Position numbers and translations under genes: made by a program
NCBI GenBank assembly: GCA_010909165.1
Contig: MU008196.1
Span: 310,001 to 374,000 of the forward strand
Source: Anthoceros angustus
Lineage: Eukaryota > Plantae > Anthocerotophyta
Reading direction: 5' to 3'
DNA length: 64,000 nucleotides
Notes under the pieces: generated by a model
Told to the model about the DNA's origin: nothing
The model's database searches: none
Seen by the model: the letters and a program-made list of their open reading frames with translations, nothing else
In this document: positions 60,886 through 64,000 of the stretch, in pieces
Numbering within the stretch: position 1 is the first letter of the stretch
How the letters are laid out: each line of letters opens with the position of its first letter

Positions 60886-63800
60886 ATGGGTGTTTCGATG
60901 AAGGATGTCGACCCTGCCTTCCAAGGCGTTGGCTTAAAGGCGTATCCTCTCAACCTCTTCGGGCGTCTGTAGCTGGAATAGTGACTGACAAATATAGGGG
61001 CAAATCAGTAATTTACAATTTCTTTTCTCATTCTTTTGGTCACATGGAACTTCAGCAGGCTCCTCAGTGGTCTGCTTGTATCGTGCCCTGTGCTAGCAAT
61101 AATTAGACCAGAATCTGTTTTCAAAGTAATATGGGAAGTCTTAATTTCTGATGGATAAAGAGGTATGGAGATATGGCGCATCGAAACTTTCCGCCCTATC
61201 CTGTTACCCAGAAGTGAACATGGCAAGTTTTACTCTGGAGACTCCTATATCGTGTTGCGGTAATGATCCAGTGAATTCTTCTGCTCGTCGTTGTTGGCTA
61301 CTGTGCATGACACTTTCCTTTACCTGCAGGCAAGTACCTTGAAGAGTGGAGCCCTACACTTTGATGTCCATTTCTGGCTGGGGAAAGGCACGAGTCAGGT
61401 GACTTAACCTTACCAGTCGGGTTGTAGAGTTGTATGCCTCTGTAGATTGCAGTAGGCTCTCCGGTGAGCTAAGCCAAATCCATAACCAGCCTCAGCGGTG
61501 ATTTAGGATGAGGCTGGTGTGGCTGCTATGAAGACAGTGGAACTCGATGCAGCGCTTGGTGGGCGTGCTGTTCAGTATAGAGAAGTTGAAGGCCAGGAAA
61601 CAGACTTGTTTTTGTCCTACTTCAAGCCATGTATTATCCCCCTAAAAGGAGGAGTGTCCTCAGGTTTTAAGAAAGTTGAGACAGAGGAATACAAACCCTG
61701 CCTCTTTTATGCAAAGGTCGAGATGCAGCGTGAAGCAGGCAAGTTACGTTGTGGGTCAGACGTGTCTCTTGTCCTTTTGGTCGCTTACGCTCAGGATACT
61801 AGTGTTGACATGTGTATGCATTGTGCAGGTGCCCTTTGCTCGCTCTTCCTTAAATCATAGTGATGTATTCATCCTCGACACAAACAGTAAGCTATTTCAA
61901 TTTAATGGTCAGTCATCCACCATCCAAGAAAGAGTCAAGGCTCTGGAAGTTGTGCAATATATCAAGGACACTAAACATGATGGCAAGTGTGAGGTGGTCA
62001 TAATAGGTATGTGATCTTGTTTGAAATGTGGGGGAAGTGTTGCTTGCCTCCTCGTCTCCTCATGTGGCGTCGTCATAAATGTTGACTGTGTGCAGATGAT
62101 GGTATGCTCGGAGTTGAAGCAGACACGGGCCAGTTTTGGGTGCTTTTTGGAGGCTTTGCACCTCTCACAAAGAAGAGAGATGCGGAAGATGATGATGTGG
62201 TAGAAGCTGCCACAGTGAAACTACTGTGGTATTCTTCAACCCCAACGTAGGAAGAAGATATTTTTTTGTGCTGAATTTTATTCAAGAGAAGTCTGGAGTC
62301 TCCACTTCTTTGCAAACTAGCGTGGGCTGACATTGGTGCCATGTCGAATGGAATGAGAAAAGTATCTCAGCAGGACACGAAGAAGAGATTCAGGCTACAG
62401 CTTTGACAAGAGAAATGTTGACAACTGACAAGTGCTACCTTCTAGATTGTGGAATTGAAGTTTATGTGTGGACTGGGAGGAACACTTCTCTCAATGACAG
62501 GAAAGCTGCTTCTGTACAAGCCGAGGCAAGCATTTTCAGAGTTTGCTCTGTACATTCCATCTGATTCACGAAGATTGAGCTGATGGGAGTGTATGTATGG
62601 TAGAGATTGATTACAAGCCAGAAAAGGCCAGGATACACCCAGATTACAAAAGTCATGGAGGGTTTTGAAACACCTATGTTTAGGTCCAACTTTGACAACT
62701 GGCCACTTAGTGCCACAAGAGCAGTATCTGAAGATGGGAGAGGCAAAATTGCAGGTTCTATCACTTTTCAGTATCTAACTTCTGGTTGTCCCTTACTTCT
62801 TTTTCAAATAGTCAACACTATGTTGCTTCACCCATTTAGCATGATGACGGGTTTGTTTCAACTGTGTTGGCAGCCTTGCTGAAGCAGCAAGGCGTCAACG
62901 TAAATGGCATTCGTGGAGGAGTTGTAGGAGATCCTTCACTTCTACTTGACAGTAATGGAAATTTGGAGGTGTGCACTGCTTCACCTGTATCAAACTTAAC
63001 ACTGCTTGTATTCGCAGTCCTTCTCTTCCTGTGTTGTAGGATATTTTAATGTAGGGAATGCGACTGAACTATGTTCGGACCTCAGGAGAGATGTGCTCAA
63101 ACTGATCGTCCATTCTGCAAACTTCAAATAGTTAGGAATTGAGGATCAGTTTCATTGTATATGTGAACTGCCTTTGCACGGAGGTAAGCAGATACTTTCT
63201 AAATGAATACTTTCTTTTGTCAGATCTGGCAGGTCATCAATACCTCAAAAATTTCTGTCCCCACAGAAGAATTTGGGAAGTTTTACTCTGGCCATTGCTA
63301 CATTGTGGTGTACAGCTTTCCAGGCCCAGATCGAAAGAACAATGTTGTCATTTGGTTATGGTTTGGACAACATAGCTTGCCGGTGCGGCTGACTACTTGA
63401 GCTTGGCTTCAGCCCTGAAGGTTTTTAGGACAGAGATGGTCAAGAGGCCGCTTCTTCAGCACCATTTTCTTCTATACTCCTTATACCCGGCTGGCTTCCT
63501 GCAGACCGACCAAAGTATTGCTGCAGATTTCTGCAGCGAGATTTCAAGCAGAGTGAAAGGCCCTGTTCAGGTTGAGGTTTTCTGTCTGTGGTCATCTTAA
63601 AACCTGACTTGCTGAGACTCAGTTTTGGTGGATTCCTCCGTGTACAGAACCTCAATCTCCCACATCACTTTCCTTGCAGGGTCGCATACACCAAGGAAAG
63701 GAACCTGCATACTTTAGTGCTTTGTTCAGATCCATGATTGTATTGGAGGTTCGTCTGCTGGTTATATTATCTTGGGCCGTCTCTAGGTTTGTGTTGAATG

Positions 63801-64000
63801 TAAGGAGATCTACCGTCAGGATGCATATTTTTCTTTAAGTTCTTTGTGTTCTTCCTGTAGGCTGCACATAGTGCTGATACTTTAATCCCAAATTCTGGAA
63901 ACGAAGGATAGGGTGACCTCAACAGATCACTGGGTCACCTTACTTCGAGTACAACAAACAGGGCCCTGGAGCATGCAGGCCATGCAAGTTGATGCGGTAC
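60886..64000 (+). CDS. VLN: Villin (gelsolin-family actin-binding protein), 5' part; continues past the window end
   Basis: [19 protein letters not shown]|[91 protein letters not shown]; short GT-AG introns. Confidence 0.93.

Overview
Land-plant genomic DNA from a noisy long-read-type assembly: conserved host exons show homopolymer deletions, so frameshifts cannot all be trusted. Bases 1-56,200 are a nested LTR-retrotransposon cluster. Bases 57,748-64,000 hold two compact host genes on the + strand: a 9-exon ADP-glucose pyrophosphorylase small subunit and the 5' part of a villin. Junctions resolved by target-site duplications (TSDs): Copia-1 (1322-9203, -, TSD TAAGA) inside an older Copia-0; Copia-2 (14908-21556, +, TSD AATTC) and a full 18.5-kb Ty3/Gypsy element A (22223-40750, +, TSD ACGCC), both inside a Gypsy LTR 'B'; and a 4.4-kb solo LTR 'G' (47052-51482, -, TSD CTTGC) inside a second B-type LTR. 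Two systems stand out. (1) The Gypsy lineage has giant LTRs (about 4.4-5.6 kb, TGTG...CACA). Their U3 region encodes a large protein conserved across three diverged families and carries arrays of the palindrome CCTACCRYGGTAGG. (2) Two diverged Copia families carry a homologous, intron-containing gene antisense to pol, between RNase H and the 3' LTR, with conserved phase-1 intron positions.
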